A stretch of DNA of 64,000 nt from Spirochaetia bacterium. GTDB taxonomy: Bacteria; Spirochaetota; Spirochaetia; SZUA-6; Bin103. Positions within the stretch are counted from its first letter, which is position 1; the number at the start of each line of letters is the position of its first letter. This document shows, in pieces, positions 20,257 through 31,558 of the stretch. A model generated the notes under the pieces. That model did not search any database and was not told the DNA's origin. It saw only the letters and a program-made list of their open reading frames with translations. The DNA lies in NCBI GenBank assembly GCA_965203905.1, contig CBDBDQ010000005.1:1088001-1152000 (forward strand). The letters run 5' to 3'. A program made the translations under genes and the position numbers.

Positions 20257-21865
20257 TAGGGCGGCGCGCACCGCCGCGTGCAGCGTCCTGCTGGCGGCGA
20301 TGTGCCTGGGCGGTCCCGGGCTGGCCGCCCAGACCGATACCCTGGCGGCCGACACCCTGGTGGTGGCCTATCCGCCGCAGCAGTTCTCGCTCGATCCGCT
20401 GCACACCTTCTCCACCACCGAGGCGCAGCTCTTCACCGCCGTCTACGAGGGACTGGTGGCCTACGATCCCATCACCCTGAACCCGGTCGCCGGCCAGGCG
20501 GAGCGCTGGGAAATCTCGCGCGACCGTACCACCTACACCTTCCACCTGCGCGCCGACGCGCGCTTCTCGAACGGCGACCCGCTGCGCGCCGAGGACTTCC
20601 GCGCCTCCTGGCTGCGCATTCTCGATCCCGGCGCCGCGGCCGAGTACTCATTCCTGTTCGACGTCATCAAGGGAGTCGCCGAGTACCGCAGCGGCGAGCT
20701 GAACGATCCGGGGCGCGTGGGCATCCGCGCGCTGAGCGACCGGGTGCTGGAAGTGGAGCTCACGGAGCCCGCGGACCACTTCCTCAAGGTCCTGGCGCAC
20801 CACAGCTTCTCCGCCATCCACTCCGGCTACCTCGGCGCCCTGAACTGGGACCGCGCCGGGCAGCTCATCGGCAACGGTCCGTTCCGGGTGAGCTCCTGGA
20901 CCGACCGCGAGCTGGTGCTGGAGCGCAACGAGTACTACTGGGGCAGCTCGCAGGTGGAGATCGAGCGGTTGGTGGTGCGCTTCTACGACAACCCGGAGGA
21001 GGTCACGCGCGCCTTCCTGCAGGGCGAGATCCACTGGGCGAACATCTGGGCCCCCAGCGGCGAGCTGAGACCTTACGTGGTCGCCAACCCCCTGTTCGCG
21101 ACCACCTACTTCTACTTCCGCAGCGACCGCGAGCCGTTCGACGACGAGCGGGTACGCCAGGGCCTGGCGTTGCTGCTGCCGTGGGACCGGATCCGCGACA
21201 CCTCGCAGATGTTTTTCCCCAGTGACGTGCTGGTGCCGGACATCGCCGACTATCCCGAGGTGGTCGGAATCCGCGAGCGGGACGAGCGGCGCGGGCTGAA
21301 GCTGCTCGATCAGGCCGGCCACGCGCGCGGCAGCGGGCTGCCACCGATCAGCATCAAGGTGGCGGCCGGCAGCGTGGCGGTGCCGGTGGCGGAGGTGATG
21401 CAGGAGACCTGGGAGGGACTGCTGGGAGTGGAAGTGTCGGTCCAGGAGTTCCAGTACCGCGACCTGCTGGAGGAGATCCGCGGCGGCGACTTCACCCTCG
21501 CCCACCAGACCTGGGTGGGCGACTTTGCCGATCCCCTCACCTTCCTGCAGATGTGGATGCGCTCCAGCAACCTCAATGACGCGGCTTACGTCAGCAGGCA
21601 GTACGACCGCGCGGTACAGCGTGCGTTGCGCGCGGCCGGGCCGGAGCGCCTGCAGGCGCTGGCGCAGGCCGAGGAGATGTTGCTGGAGGAGGCGGTGATC
21701 CTCCCCATCAGCCACATGGTCGCCTTCAACCTGGTGAACCGCGGCTGGATCGACGGCTGGTATCCCAACGCCCTCGACATCCATCCGTTCCGCTTCATCC
21801 GCTTTCGGGCGCTGCAGGGACCGCGCGGCGTGGCGCGGGCGCCGGCCACGGGCGCGCCCGGCTAG
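20237..21865 (+). CDS. Peptide ABC transporter substrate-binding protein (OppA family)
   Basis: Signal peptide; YEGLV, YTFHLRADARFSNGDPLRAEDF, NGPF and WVGDFADP. Confidence 0.9.
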   Translation: MHSSGVDRAARTAACSVLLAAMCLGGPGLAAQTDTLAADTLVVAYPPQQFSLDPLHTFSTTEAQLFTAVYEGLVAYDPITLNPVAGQAERWEISRDRTTYTFHLRADARFSNGDPLRAEDFRASWLRILDPGAAAEYSFLFDVIKGVAEYRSGELNDPGRVGIRALSDRVLEVELTEPADHFLKVLAHHSFSAIHSGYLGALNWDRAGQLIGNGPFRVSSWTDRELVLERNEYYWGSSQVEIERLVVRFYDNPEEVTRAFLQGEIHWANIWAPSGELRPYVVANPLFATTYFYFRSDREPFDDERVRQGLALLLPWDRIRDTSQMFFPSDVLVPDIADYPEVVGIRERDERRGLKLLDQAGHARGSGLPPISIKVAAGSVAVPVAEVMQETWEGLLGVEVSVQEFQYRDLLEEIRGGDFTLAHQTWVGDFADPLTFLQMWMRSSNLNDAAYVSRQYDRAVQRALRAAGPERLQALAQAEEMLLEEAVILPISHMVAFNLVNRGWIDGWYPNALDIHPFRFIRFRALQGPRGVARAPATGAPG

Positions 21866-21886
21866 CGCCCGTCTTGCCTTTCCTGG

Positions 21887-22630
21887 TCAATTCTCGGGTT
21901 CGCTCGTGCGCGCTGCCTCGCCGCCGGCGGCGAACCGCTCCAGCAGCGCGGTGAGGCGCTTGCGGAACAGCACGCCGATGCCGAACAGCACCACCGCCAA
22001 CGCCATCACCACGCCGGCAAACAGCCAGCGCTCCCCGGCCGCGGCGTCGCCCATCACCACGCTGCCCACGATTCCCGGCAGGCGGCCAACGGTGGAGATG
22101 GCAATGAACACGGCAAAGCGCATGCGTGACAACCCGGCGACGTAGCACAGAATGTCCTTGGGGATGCCCGGTATCAGGAAGAACAGGAAAAAGGTGATGG
22201 TAGCCCGCGGCGATGCCGCGACCTGGCGCATCCGGTCGAGTTGCTCGTGGCGCAGGATGGCGCTCAGGAAGTCGATTCCCAGCAGGCGTGAGGCCATGAA
22301 GGCTATTCCCGAGCCGATGGCGATCCCCAACGAGGTAAGGGCCAAGCCGCCGGCAATCCCGAACAGGTAGCCGCTGGCGATCTGCGGCACTTCGCCGGGA
22401 ACGATGAAGATGACCACCTGCACGATCTGGACGGCGATGAACGCCAGCGGGGCCACGACCCCGAACCCGCGCACCCAGGCGCGCAGCTCGTCCGGTGCCG
22501 TGGCCACGGCCCAGAGCTGCTCACGAAACAGCAGGATCAGCACCAGCATGGTGACGAACAGGAGCGGATAGGCCAGCAGCGCCACCAGGCGCCGGGCGAG
22601 TGATGTGGGGGGCCGATGTTCGGCAGCCAT
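21887..22630 (-). CDS. TVP38/TMEM64 (VTT/DedA) membrane protein
   Basis: QVVIFIVPGE, GYLFG and LIPGIPKDILCYVAGLS motifs. Confidence 0.85.
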   Translation of the reverse strand: MAAEHRPPTSLARRLVALLAYPLLFVTMLVLILLFREQLWAVATAPDELRAWVRGFGVVAPLAFIAVQIVQVVIFIVPGEVPQIASGYLFGIAGGLALTSLGIAIGSGIAFMASRLLGIDFLSAILRHEQLDRMRQVAASPRATITFFLFFLIPGIPKDILCYVAGLSRMRFAVFIAISTVGRLPGIVGSVVMGDAAAGERWLFAGVVMALAVVLFGIGVLFRKRLTALLERFAAGGEAARTSEPEN

Positions 22631-22685
22631 GCTGCGCCTAATATAGCGCCTCAGGAGCATCAGGAGCGGCCCGTTTGCACGGCGC

Positions 22686-23660
22686 ATGGTCTGTCGTTAT
22701 ATTTCCGCGGTGATGTTGACGTTGCGTGCACTCGGGGACGCGCCGAACCGGTTGGCGAGTGTCAGGGCTGCCTCGATTCCCGAGTTCAGCGCCGCGCGTA
22801 CCGCGGCCTCCGCTTCTGCCTCGACCGTTGCTCCGGCGGCCGATGCCGCGCCGTCACCGAAGGTTCCCACGGCCGAGACGCCGGCAGCGGAGCCCGAAGC
22901 CGCCACCACGCCAGCGGCAAAGCCGAGCGGCAAGCGCACTTCCAAGGCCCCCGCCAAGTCCGAGCCGAGCAGGAAGAAGAAGGCGGCCGCCACCAAGCCC
23001 GGCAAGGCCGCTGCCAAGGAGACCACCGCCACCGGTACCAAGACTGCGTCCACCAGGACCAGCGCCAAGGCCGCGGCGAAGACCGAGGCGAAGAGCGAGG
23101 CGGCGTCCGCCGCCAAGACCGCCGCCGGCAAGGGCAAGAGCACCCGCAAGAGCACCAGGAAGCGCCGCCTGCAGTACAAGGTGGGCCAGCAACTCGTCTA
23201 CCCCCTGCAGGGAGTGGGCCAGGTGCGCAACATCGAGGAGCGGCCGTTCCGCGATCAGACGCTGCTCTACTACGTGGTCTACCTCGAAGTGTCGGACATG
23301 ACCATCATGGTACCGGTAGACAAGGCCGACGAGCTGGGAATCCGCGCCATCGTGCCGCGCACCGAGGCGCGCAGCGCGCTGACCCTGATCGGCGAGGATT
23401 ACGAGCCGATTCCCACCGACTGGAAGCTGCGCTACCAGATGAACCTGGACCTGCTCAAGGCCGGGGCGGTGAGCGACATCGCCACCGTGGTGCGCGCGCT
23501 GTACCACCGCAGCCGGATCAAGGAGCTGCCGATCCTCGAGCGCAAGCTGTACGACAACGCGCGCTCGCTGCTGGTGGACGAGCTGTCGTTCTCGTTGGGC
23601 AAGGATAAGGCCAAGGTCGAAGAGCTGATCAACTCGCGCCTGGAAGTGGGCGTGAAGTAA
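22686..23660 (+). CDS. carD: CarD/CdnL family transcription factor with long Lys/Ala-rich N-terminal extension
   Basis: YKVGQQLVYPLQGVG RNAP-interaction domain and conserved Trp in TDWKLRY, preceded by ~160 aa of low-complexity A/K/T/P sequence. Exact start uncertain (22686 or 22713). Confidence 0.85.
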   Translation: MVCRYISAVMLTLRALGDAPNRLASVRAASIPEFSAARTAASASASTVAPAADAAPSPKVPTAETPAAEPEAATTPAAKPSGKRTSKAPAKSEPSRKKKAAATKPGKAAAKETTATGTKTASTRTSAKAAAKTEAKSEAASAAKTAAGKGKSTRKSTRKRRLQYKVGQQLVYPLQGVGQVRNIEERPFRDQTLLYYVVYLEVSDMTIMVPVDKADELGIRAIVPRTEARSALTLIGEDYEPIPTDWKLRYQMNLDLLKAGAVSDIATVVRALYHRSRIKELPILERKLYDNARSLLVDELSFSLGKDKAKVEELINSRLEVGVK

Positions 23661-23663
23661 CGG

Positions 23664-24323
23664 GTGGCGCGCCGGCGCATCCCCTGGAAGCGCACGCTCG
23701 ACACCTTTGCGCGGGGGGTGGGAAGAGCCGTTCCGGCGGTCACCGAGCTGGCCAGCGAACGGCGCGACCCGTTCCAGGTGCTGGTCTCCACGGTCATATC
23801 GCTGCGCACCAAGGACGAGGTCACGGGACCGGCGTCGCGCCGGCTGCTGGCCCGCGCCCCGACGGTGCCCGCCCTGGCCGCGGTACCCGCCGCGGAAATC
23901 TCCAGGCTGATCTACCCCGCCGGCTTCTACCGCACCAAGGGCCGCCAGCTGCGTGAGATCGCCGCCATCCTGATACGCGACCACGGTGCCGCCGTGCCCG
24001 ACTCCCTGGCGGCGCTGTTACGGCTGCCGGGGGTGGGCCGCAAGACCGCGAACCTGGTGCTGGGCCTGGGGTTCGGCATACCGGCAATCTGCGTGGACAC
24101 CCACGTGCACCGGATCTGCAACCGCCTCGGCTGGGTGCGCACGCGCACTCCCGACGACACCGAGCTGGCGCTCGCGCGCTCGCTGCCGCGGCAGTACTGG
24201 ATTCCCATCAACGGCATCATGGTGGGCTACGGCCAGCAGGTGTGCACCCCCGTCGCCCCACACTGCTCCCGCTGCCCGCTGCGTGACACCTGCCCGCGGC
24301 ACGGGGTCACCCGCCACCGCTGA
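23664..24323 (+). CDS. nth: Endonuclease III
   Basis: HhH motif LPGVGRKTA, VDTHVHR and C-terminal [4Fe-4S] motif C-x6-C-x2-C-x5-C. Confidence 0.95.
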   Translation: MARRRIPWKRTLDTFARGVGRAVPAVTELASERRDPFQVLVSTVISLRTKDEVTGPASRRLLARAPTVPALAAVPAAEISRLIYPAGFYRTKGRQLREIAAILIRDHGAAVPDSLAALLRLPGVGRKTANLVLGLGFGIPAICVDTHVHRICNRLGWVRTRTPDDTELALARSLPRQYWIPINGIMVGYGQQVCTPVAPHCSRCPLRDTCPRHGVTRHR

Positions 24324-24332
24324 GCGCGCCGT

Positions 24333-25562
24333 TCAAGGCAGACGCCGGATGCGCGGCAGCCCGGCCGCCGTCGCCGCGCTCGCCCCCAGCAGCACCGTAC
24401 CGCTGACGAACAACGCCCACGGGGCGCCGATGGCGCCGGCCAGGGCACCGAGCCCGAGGTGTCCCACCGGCGCCACGCCGATGCTCAGGGTCCACGCGCC
24501 CATGGCGCGGCCGCGCTCGTGCTCGGCAACGTTCTCCTGCATCAGCGTCATGTGCAACGTATCCACGCACATCGCGCAAGCGGTCGCCAGCGACAGCACG
24601 GCCACGTAGTACACCACGTCCGTAACCAGCACCAGGGCCATGAGGCAGACGCCGAAGGCGGCCATGACGGCGAACATCAGCATGCCCTTGCGGCGGAAGT
24701 TGCCGAGCGCCGCAAGCCCGACCTGGCCGGCGATTCCGCCCACCTGGCGCACTCCGGTAAGCACTCCCAGACCCACCGCCCCCAGCCCCAGCACCTCCTT
24801 GGCGAGCACCGGCAGCAGGCTCATGTGGGTGAACCCGAACAGCTCGTTGATCCCGGTCAACAGCATCAGCGTGACCAGGATCCGATTGCGGCGCATGATG
24901 CCGACGTATTCCGCCAGGACGCGTACCACCGATTGCGGCGGGTGTTCCCGGGTCCCGGCAGCGGCGCGGATGAACAGCGCGAATCCGCCGGAAGCCAGGT
25001 ACACCAGGCCGATGACGAGAAACTGCCCGCCGGCCCCGATCGCGGAGATGATGATCCCGGAAAGCAGCGACCCGCACACCAGCCCCACCTGCATGCTTAC
25101 CGAGTTCAGCGACATCCCGTTGAGCGCCAGCTTCGCCCCCACGATGTCGTAGGTAAGCGACTGGCGCGTGGTCATCAGGAAGGCGGTGGCGCAGCCGTTG
25201 AGAGCCGTCAGCGCCAGGATGTGCCAGAGCCGCGCCAGGTCCGCCAGCAGCGCCGCCGCCATCACGCCGGACGTCACGGCGGCGGCCACGGTCACGATGC
25301 GCAACAGGCGGCTGCGATTCATCCGGTCCGCCACCGCGCCGGTCACGGCGCCCAGGAAGAAGAACGGGACCATCGAGATGGCGGACGCCGCCGCGGTCAC
25401 AAACGCGGAACCGGTGAGCTCGAACACCAGCCAACCGGTGACCACCCAGTTCATCCCCACGGCTGCCGATTGCAGCAGCACGCACAACCACAGCAGCCGA
25501 AAGTCGGGGAACTGCAACGAGCGCGCCCACCCGGGACCGATCACCCCGCTGCCGCGCCTCAT
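24333..25562 (-). CDS. MFS transporter
   Basis: About 12 hydrophobic helices; GAVADRMNRSR motif A; ERGRAMG. Confidence 0.88.
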   Translation of the reverse strand: MRRGSGVIGPGWARSLQFPDFRLLWLCVLLQSAAVGMNWVVTGWLVFELTGSAFVTAAASAISMVPFFFLGAVTGAVADRMNRSRLLRIVTVAAAVTSGVMAAALLADLARLWHILALTALNGCATAFLMTTRQSLTYDIVGAKLALNGMSLNSVSMQVGLVCGSLLSGIIISAIGAGGQFLVIGLVYLASGGFALFIRAAAGTREHPPQSVVRVLAEYVGIMRRNRILVTLMLLTGINELFGFTHMSLLPVLAKEVLGLGAVGLGVLTGVRQVGGIAGQVGLAALGNFRRKGMLMFAVMAAFGVCLMALVLVTDVVYYVAVLSLATACAMCVDTLHMTLMQENVAEHERGRAMGAWTLSIGVAPVGHLGLGALAGAIGAPWALFVSGTVLLGASAATAAGLPRIRRLP

Positions 25563-25607
25563 GGGTACTGTGGCGTCGCCTGCCGGCCCATTGCGGGCCG
25601 CCGGCGG

Positions 25608-26180
25608 TCAGTCCTTCTCCAGCTCGTTGATGCGGTCGCGCAGCTTGGCGGCCTGCTCGTAATCTTCGTCCTGGACCGCGGCATCGAGCTCGCGGCGCAA
25701 CTCGGCAAGCTGGGAGGTGTCCATGCCGGAGGACTCCTCCTTGGACTGCGCCGGACGGCCGTCGTCATCGACTCCCGCCACCGAGCTCACCGGCATGCCG
25801 GCGTGATTGATGACGTCCTCGTCGATGAAGATCGGACACTTCACCCGTACCGCGAGCGCGATGCAGTCGGACGGGCGGGCATCGACCACCATCTCCTCGT
25901 CGTCCTGCAGCAGAATCAGGCGGGCATAGAAAATGGCGTCGTTGATGGCGGTAATCTCGATGCGATTCACCTCCGCATCGAGCCGCTGGAGGACCGACAG
26001 GAACAGATCATGGGTCAGTGGCCGGGCCGCGTTGACGTCGCCCAGCCCCATGACGATGGAGTGCGCGATGCTGGGATCGACGAAGATCGGTACCACCGAG
26101 TCGGTACCCGTGGGACGGATCAACACGGCGTTGCCGTCCTGGGCCTTGACCACGGTCCAGATGTCAGCCGGGACCAACAC
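25608..26180 (-). CDS. Bifunctional nuclease family (DUF151) with C-terminal UVR domain
   Basis: RPLTHDL and DARPSDCIALA; C-terminal AVQDEDYEQAAKLRDRI. Confidence 0.9.
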   Translation of the reverse strand: MLVPADIWTVVKAQDGNAVLIRPTGTDSVVPIFVDPSIAHSIVMGLGDVNAARPLTHDLFLSVLQRLDAEVNRIEITAINDAIFYARLILLQDDEEMVVDARPSDCIALAVRVKCPIFIDEDVINHAGMPVSSVAGVDDDGRPAQSKEESSGMDTSQLAELRRELDAAVQDEDYEQAAKLRDRINELEKD

Positions 26181-26227
26181 TCAGCTGCTCGCGGGGCACC
26201 CAATGCCCAGTGCGCGGACCGTGCCCA

Positions 26228-27478
26228 TTACGCGGACTTCTTCTCGCCCAGCAGCGTGACCGCCGGCGACTCCGCGTTCTGCACTACTTCGCGGGTCACG
26301 ACGACGCGCTTCTGTCCCTTCAGTGAAGGCACGTCGTACATGATGTCAACCATGATGTCTTCTATGATCGAGCGCAATCCGCGGGCGCCGGTCTTGCGCT
26401 GCACGGCCTTGCGTGCGATCGCGTCGATCGCCTCCTCCTCGAAGATGAGCTCGACATCGTCCAGCTTGAGCGACGCCTGGTACTGCTTGACCACGGAGTT
26501 GCGCGGTTCCACGATGATTCGCTTGAGCGAGTCCACGGAAAGCTGCTCCAGCGTCACCACCACCGGCAGCCGGCCGATGAACTCCGGGATCAAGCCATAG
26601 TGGATCAGATCGTCCGGCTCCAGGTGGGAGAACAGTTGCACCAGATCCTTCTCCTGAAAGTTCTGGATTTCGGCGCCGAAGCCGAGCGGGTTCTGCGCTA
26701 CCCGCGCCTCCACCACGGCATCCAGCCCCACGAACGCGCCGCCGCAGATGATCAGGATGTTGCTGGTGTCGATCTTCAGCATCTCCTGGTTCGGATGCTT
26801 GCGGCCCCCCTGGGGAGGTACCGAGGCCACGGTCCCCTCGATGATCTTGAGCAGTGCCTGCTGGACGCCTTCGCCCGACACGTCACGGGTAATGGAGACG
26901 TTCTCCCCCTTCTTGGCGATCTTGTCGATCTCGTCGATGTAGATGATGCCACGCTCGGCGTGGGCGATGTTGCTGCCCGCGTTCTGGATCAGCTTGAGCA
27001 GGATGTTCTCCACATCCTCGCCCACGTAGCCGGCCTCGGTGAGCGTGGTGGCATCGGCGATGGCGAACGGCACCTTCAGCTTGCGCGCCAGGGTTTCTGC
27101 CAGCAGCGTCTTGCCGACTCCGGTGGGACCGATCAGCAGCACGTTGGACTTGTCCAGCTCCACGTCGCTGTCGCCCTGGTGCCGCATGGCGATGCGCTTG
27201 TAGTGACTGTACACCGCGACCGACAGCACTTTCTTGGCCTCTTCCTGGCCGATTACGTACTGGTCCAGGTAGCGCTTGATCTCTTTCGGCTTGGGGATCT
27301 CCTCCTGGAACTCGGCAGTGAGGTTCTCTTCCTCGTCATCCAGGATTTTCTTGCAGACGGTGACGCATTCGTCGCAGATGTAGACGCCGGGACCGGCAAT
27401 CAGTCGGCGCGCCGTATCGGCGCTCTTGCCGCAGAACGAGCACAGCTTCTGTCCATTGGCCTTACTGGTCTTCGCCAC
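26228..27478 (-). CDS. clpX: ATP-dependent Clp protease ATP-binding subunit ClpX
   Basis: CSFC...CDEC zinc finger, [29 protein letters not shown] and LGF loop. Confidence 0.98.
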   Translation of the reverse strand: MAKTSKANGQKLCSFCGKSADTARRLIAGPGVYICDECVTVCKKILDDEEENLTAEFQEEIPKPKEIKRYLDQYVIGQEEAKKVLSVAVYSHYKRIAMRHQGDSDVELDKSNVLLIGPTGVGKTLLAETLARKLKVPFAIADATTLTEAGYVGEDVENILLKLIQNAGSNIAHAERGIIYIDEIDKIAKKGENVSITRDVSGEGVQQALLKIIEGTVASVPPQGGRKHPNQEMLKIDTSNILIICGGAFVGLDAVVEARVAQNPLGFGAEIQNFQEKDLVQLFSHLEPDDLIHYGLIPEFIGRLPVVVTLEQLSVDSLKRIIVEPRNSVVKQYQASLKLDDVELIFEEEAIDAIARKAVQRKTGARGLRSIIEDIMVDIMYDVPSLKGQKRVVVTREVVQNAESPAVTLLGEKKSA

Positions 27479-27555
27479 CTGCAGCTCCGGCCATCAGTCG
27501 ATCAGCTTCCGAACAGCTCAATGTCCCCAAGCAACTCATCTGTCCCCGTCCGCCG

Positions 27556-28176
27556 CTATCCGTTATCGCCGTCCTCACCATCACCCCGAGTCATCACGCG
27601 GTCGATGAGCCCATACGCCTGGGCCTCGTCGGAAGACATATAATAGTCGCGTTCCAGATCGGAAGCAATCACGTCGTCCTCCTTGCGGGCGTGGATGGCG
27701 AAGTAGTGGATGATCAGTTTCTTGAGGCGGATCAACTCCCGTGCCTGGATGCCGATGTCCGCCGCCTGCCCCTGGACGCCGCCCCACGGCTGGTGAATCA
27801 GGACCCGCGCCGAGGGCAGCGCGAAGCGCTTGCCGTGGGTACCGGCGGCCAGCAGCAGCGCTCCCATCGATGCCGCCTGCCCCAGGCACACCGTCTGGAT
27901 GTCGGGGCGCACGTACTGCATGGTGTCATAGATGGCCAGACCGGCGGTCACCGAGCCGCCGGGGGAATTGATGTAGAGCTGAATGTCGCGATCGGGGTCC
28001 TGCGACTGCAGGAACAGGAGCTGCGCCACCACCAGGTCGGCGGTAACGTCGAAGATCTCACCGTCGATGAAGATGATGCGGTCCTTGAGGAGCCGCGAGT
28101 AGATGTCGTAGGAACGTTCGCCCCGGCCGGTCTGCTCGATGACGATGGGTACCAGGGTGTTGAGCTGTTCGTCCAT
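27556..28176 (-). CDS. clpP: Clp protease proteolytic subunit
   Basis: [25 protein letters not shown] and IHQP. Start at ATG 28176. Confidence 0.97.
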   Translation of the reverse strand: MDEQLNTLVPIVIEQTGRGERSYDIYSRLLKDRIIFIDGEIFDVTADLVVAQLLFLQSQDPDRDIQLYINSPGGSVTAGLAIYDTMQYVRPDIQTVCLGQAASMGALLLAAGTHGKRFALPSARVLIHQPWGGVQGQAADIGIQARELIRLKKLIIHYFAIHARKEDDVIASDLERDYYMSSDEAQAYGLIDRVMTRGDGEDGDNG

Positions 28177-28220
28177 GGTGGGCTGCGCTACACCCGCCAG
28201 CGGCGGGTAGCAGCGGTAAT

Positions 28221-29594
28221 TTACTGGTTCGCCCCGATCAAGTCCACATACGAAGTCTCGGCCCCCGGGGAAACCGCGCTGGCGGCGATGAGATGGTCGT
28301 ACAGCTTCTCGTGGCGTAGTTCGTTGCGCACGTAGTCCAGCGCGTTCTGGCGCTCGTACTGTGCCCTCAGTTCCTCCGCGTCGACCCCTCGGGCCTCCGC
28401 CTGCTGCGCCAGGTGGCGCTCCAGATCCTCGTCGCCGATCTCGATGCCCTCCGCCTGCGCCAGCTTGTCCCGCACCAGCGTGAAGCGCGCGCGCCGCTCG
28501 ACGTGCGGGCGGCTCAGCTCCATCAGCTGCTCCCTGCTCTCCCCGCGCGCCGCCAGCGCCGCCTCGAAGCGCTGGGCATCGCCGCTGCCGGAGCGAGCCA
28601 CCAGGTTGCGCCACTCGCCCTCCAGCTCGGCGGCAATCATCGACTTCGGCAGGGGTACCTGCGAGGTCTCCACCACCTTGTCCATCAACTCGCCGATGAG
28701 CCGTGCCCGCACCCGCTGGTCAGCGTCGCCCTGCAGCCGGCTGCGCAGGTCGCTCTTGAGGTCGTCGAGCGTCTCGAAGCGGTCACTGATGTCCTGGGCG
28801 AGCTCGTCGTCGAGGTCGGGGAGCTGCTTCTCCTTGACCGAGGTTACGGTGACCTCGAGCGTGACCGTGCGCCCGGCCAGATCGGAGTACTGGTAGTCGG
28901 CGGGATACGACTTGGTGATTACCTTGTCCGCCCCGCGCGCCATTCCCACCAGCTCCTCGTCCATCTGGTAGACGTTGTACTCGGTACCGACCTCGAACAC
29001 GAAGTCGCGACGCTCGCTCCCGGCGACCGGCTGACCGGCGTCATCCTGTTCGACGTAGTTGACGGTCACCACGTCTCCCTGCGCCACCACCACCTGTCCG
29101 GAGTCGTCCGCCGGCTTGTCCATCACCACCGCGTTCTGCTCCTGCAGGCGGCTGAGCTCCCGCTCCAGGTCGGCATCCGCGATGCTTACCTGGGGTCGTT
29201 CCAGCGGCAGGTCGCGGTACGGGCCGAGTTCTACCTGGGGGAAGGTGTCGTAGGTTACGGTAAAGGTGAGGTCTTCTCCCAGGACCAGTTGCGGCGCGGA
29301 ATCGAGCGCCGGCGGCGCGAACGGCAGCGGCTTGTGCTCGATCTCGCCGATCACCTGCTCCAGGCCTTCCCTGATCACCTGCTCGGTGGCCTGAGCCAGC
29401 AGCGCCGGTCCGAACTTGCGGATCAGCACCTCGCGCGGTGCCTTGCCGCGCCGGAAGCCCTTGAGCCGGGCATTGCGGCGCAGATCGGCGACTATGCTGT
29501 CATAGGTCTCCCGAACGCTGTCGCCGGCCACCGTGAGGGTGAGCCGCACTTCACTGTCGTCCGAGACGGATAGCTCCCGGGTGGTTACGTTCAC
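28221..29594 (-). CDS. tig: Trigger factor
   Basis: GFRRGKAP ribosome-binding loop, FKBP-like middle domain and tig-clpP-clpX synteny. Confidence 0.95.
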   Translation of the reverse strand: MNVTTRELSVSDDSEVRLTLTVAGDSVRETYDSIVADLRRNARLKGFRRGKAPREVLIRKFGPALLAQATEQVIREGLEQVIGEIEHKPLPFAPPALDSAPQLVLGEDLTFTVTYDTFPQVELGPYRDLPLERPQVSIADADLERELSRLQEQNAVVMDKPADDSGQVVVAQGDVVTVNYVEQDDAGQPVAGSERRDFVFEVGTEYNVYQMDEELVGMARGADKVITKSYPADYQYSDLAGRTVTLEVTVTSVKEKQLPDLDDELAQDISDRFETLDDLKSDLRSRLQGDADQRVRARLIGELMDKVVETSQVPLPKSMIAAELEGEWRNLVARSGSGDAQRFEAALAARGESREQLMELSRPHVERRARFTLVRDKLAQAEGIEIGDEDLERHLAQQAEARGVDAEELRAQYERQNALDYVRNELRHEKLYDHLIAASAVSPGAETSYVDLIGANQ

Positions 29595-29616
29595 TGATGT
29601 TGCCTGGATTGTAACG

Positions 29617-29688
29617 AGCGGGAAACGGGACTCGAACCCGCGACTTCCACCTTGGCAAGGTGGAGCTCTACCACTGAGCTATTCCCGC
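29617..29688 (-). tRNA. tRNA-Gly(GCC)
   Basis: GCGGGAATAGCTCAGTGGTAGAGC...CCACC-TT-GCC-AA-GGTGG...GGTTCGAGTCCC cloverleaf. Confidence 0.95.
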
Positions 29689-29693
29689 TAGTA

Positions 29694-29775
<82 letters not shown>

Positions 29776-29845
29776 TACACCGGAGCTTGCCGCACGATCC
29801 CCCGCGTCGCGGACTGCCGGATCCGCACCCGCCAACCTGTCATGC

Positions 29846-29918
29846 TGAGCCGTGAAGGGATCGAACCTTCGACCCGCAGATTAAGAGTCTGCTGCTCTAC
29901 CAGCTGAGCTAACGGCCC
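29846..29918 (-). tRNA. tRNA-Lys(CTT)
   Basis: GGGCCGTTAGCTCAGCTGGTAGAGC; anticodon arm GCAGA-CT-CTT-AA-TCTGC. Confidence 0.95.
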
Positions 29919-30066
29919 TCGATGTCCTGCCGCCAAGCGGTCCTCTCGTTGCCACCGGCGCAGCCGCAGAACCTTCACCTCCTCGCCGTACGCAACCCCG
30001 CAGCGGACCAACCCCGTAGCGGGAGCAGCACTACCTGGCTTCCGAGGGGCCGACAGCGTTCGGCTC

Positions 30067-30140
<74 letters not shown>

Positions 30141-30251
30141 CTCTTGCTGAAGACCGCTGCGCGACTTCCGCTCCGGCTGAACACCATCACCCTTGGTCCG
30201 TGCCGCGAGCCGGCCCGTCCGCAGAACGCCGCTACCACCGGAACGTGGGCG

Positions 30252-30324
30252 GGTGGGTGATGGGGCTTGAACCCACAACTTCCAGATCCACAGTCTGGTG
30301 CTCTACCATTGAACTACACCCACC
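30252..30324 (-). tRNA. tRNA-His(GTG)
   Basis: Anticodon arm CCAGA-CT-GTG-GA-TCTGG; encoded G-1 opposite C73. Confidence 0.95.
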
Positions 30325-30429
30325 GAGTGGTGCGACCCGTCCGCTCGCGCGTACGTCGTATCGCGAAGCATAGGGTACGCACACCGATCTGGCGCTGTCA
30401 ACCCAACGCCGCCGGCCGTGCCGGCTGGG

Positions 30430-30861
30430 TCAGCGCCGCTGCAGGTCCAGAGCCGCGGAGTTGATGCAGTAGCGCAGGCCGGTGGGTGCCGGTCCGTCCT
30501 CGAATACGTGCCCCAGGTGCGCCTCGCAGCGGCTGCACAGCACCTCGGTACGGCGCATGAACAGGCTGTTGTCCGCTTCGGTGCGCACCCGCTCCTCGGC
30601 GACCGGAGTGGTAAAGCTGGGCCAGCCGGTGCCCGAGTCGAACTTGCTCGTGGAGTCGAACAGCTCGTTGCCGCAGGCGACGCAGCGATAGGTGCCGGCG
30701 TCCTTGCTCTTCCAGTACGCGCCCGTGAACGGCGGCTCGGTGCCCTTCCTGCGGGTGACCTGGTACTGCTCGGGCGTGAGCTCGCGGCGCCATTCTGCAT
30801 CGCTCTTGCGCACCTCCGGCTCGGACTTGAGATCACCGCTCATCGGTTTCCTCTTCCTCAT
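30430..30861 (-). CDS. msrB: Peptide-methionine (R)-S-oxide reductase
   Basis: [23 protein letters not shown] and RYCINS, with two CxxC zinc pairs. Confidence 0.97.
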   Translation of the reverse strand: MRKRKPMSGDLKSEPEVRKSDAEWRRELTPEQYQVTRRKGTEPPFTGAYWKSKDAGTYRCVACGNELFDSTSKFDSGTGWPSFTTPVAEERVRTEADNSLFMRRTEVLCSRCEAHLGHVFEDGPAPTGLRYCINSAALDLQRR

Positions 30862-30901
30862 GCTGCCTCCTCATGCCGCCCGCTGGCGGCTCCTGCGCCT
30901 G

Positions 30902-31459
30902 CTACAGGCCGATCTCGTCCGCCACTTCCCGCATCGCCAGGATGACGGTACGAATCAGATCATCCAGCTCCGCCCCCAGCATCTGCGCCCCGCGCACGAT
31001 CACCTCGCGGTCGACCCCGGCGGCGAAGTTGGCGCTCTTCCACTTCTTCCGGACCGACTTCACCTCCAGGTCGCGTACGCTCTTGGAGGGGCGCACCAGC
31101 GCGCAGGCGGTAATGAACCCGGTCAACTCGTCCACCGCGTACAGCGTTTTCTCCAGCTCGCTGCGCGGCTCCACGTCGGTGCAGATCTGCCAGCCGTGGG
31201 ACAGCACCGCGCGCACGTAGTCGGAGGGCCAGCCGCTGGCATTCAGGATCTGCTCGGTCTTCTGGCAATGCTGCTCGGGGAACTTCTCCCAGTCCAGGTC
31301 GTGTACCAGGCCGATGACCGCCCACCGTTCCGGGTCCTCACCGCGGTCGCGGGCGATGTAGTCCATGGTGGCGGCCACCGCGCGACAGTGGTTGCGCAGC
31401 GCCGGACTGTCGATGTAGCGCTGCAGGAGCTCCTCGGCGTCTTTCCGCGTGGGTACCAT
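30902..31459 (-). CDS. HD-domain (HDIG-like) hydrolase
   Basis: LRNHC, GLVHDLDWE, AVDELTGFI and RPSKS...FAAGVDRE. Start at ATG 31459 within a longer open frame. Confidence 0.88.
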   Translation of the reverse strand: MVPTRKDAEELLQRYIDSPALRNHCRAVAATMDYIARDRGEDPERWAVIGLVHDLDWEKFPEQHCQKTEQILNASGWPSDYVRAVLSHGWQICTDVEPRSELEKTLYAVDELTGFITACALVRPSKSVRDLEVKSVRKKWKSANFAAGVDREVIVRGAQMLGAELDDLIRTVILAMREVADEIGL

Positions 31460-31558
31460 GGCGCCGATTGTACGCGTCCGCGGCCGCCTTGGCAGCCGCC
31501 CGCCGCCGGTTTCCGCGGGTGACACGAAGCGCAACGCACAGTATGTTTCGCGGACTCC

